DNA of 64,000 nucleotides from Callorhinchus milii (taxonomy: Eukaryota). Below are positions 63,550 to 64,000 of this stretch, one piece after another; positions within the stretch are counted from its first letter, which is position 1, and each line of letters begins with the position of its first letter. A model generated the notes under the pieces. It saw only the letters and a program-made list of their open reading frames with translations, had not been told where the DNA came from and searched no databases. Location of the stretch: the NCBI RefSeq assembly GCF_018977255.1, contig NW_024704742.1:100380001-100444000 (forward strand), read 5' to 3'. The translations under genes and the position numbers were made by a program.

Positions 63550-63700
63550 GGACAGCACCTCCAACAATATAGCACTCCCCCAGTACTGTATTGGAGTGTA
63601 AGCTCATATCAAAATATCAACTGAAAGTCCCAACATATGGGGTTTGAACCCACAACCTCTGATGCGTATATGAGATTGCTACCAACTGAGCCAAGCTTTG
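63550..63700 (-). mobile_element. Deu-type SINE head fragment
   Basis: gtttgaacccacaacctctga...ctaccaactgagccaag. Confidence 0.7.
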
Positions 63701-64000
63701 GATTCTTTGTCTTTAATGCATCTGTTCTAAATACTGTGCTAGTTAATCAGTGTTGTAAAATATTGTAGTATTGTACCTTCATGTAAACTCTTCAATAGAT
63801 CACTGTTCTGACACCCGGCATCAGATTGAGGCAAATCTGCTGCTAAATTCTGCCTTTTCCCATTTCGACCATTTAAATAATTCTGGCTACTTTGACAGGA
63901 AAACCACAGCAGCTCACATCACCTTTGACACCCAGGGGCTACATCATCTTGTCAACGTATAAACAAACAAATGACAAGTTATATTTTCACAGATTCTTTA

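Overview
Vertebrate genomic DNA, most likely a cartilaginous fish. A chimaera such as Callorhinchus milii is my inference from the repeat families, not a database result. The whole window lies inside one minus-strand gene, PRDM6 (PR/SET domain plus zinc fingers). Four internal coding exons are present (42871-42744, 34564-34440, 22893-22566, 14088-13912; 758 nt). They have GT-AG ends and compatible phases and splice into one open frame. I found no 5' exons or terminal exon, so they presumably lie outside the window. The rest is intron, dense in a young tRNA-derived SINE with (TTA)n tail, older Deu-type SINEs, and L2 and CR1 LINE fragments, often nested. Less routine items: a probable solo ERV LTR, a 277-bp hAT-type MITE, a candidate highly decayed CRE-clade retrotransposon, a possible Tx1-like relic, a perfect 43-bp hairpin, other fold-back elements and several candidate conserved non-coding elements. 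I see no CRISPR array, rRNA or real tRNA gene, and nothing I can defend as a new biological system. Nearly all ORFs in the supplied track are repeat-derived or spurious. Repeat boundaries are read by eye and approximate.
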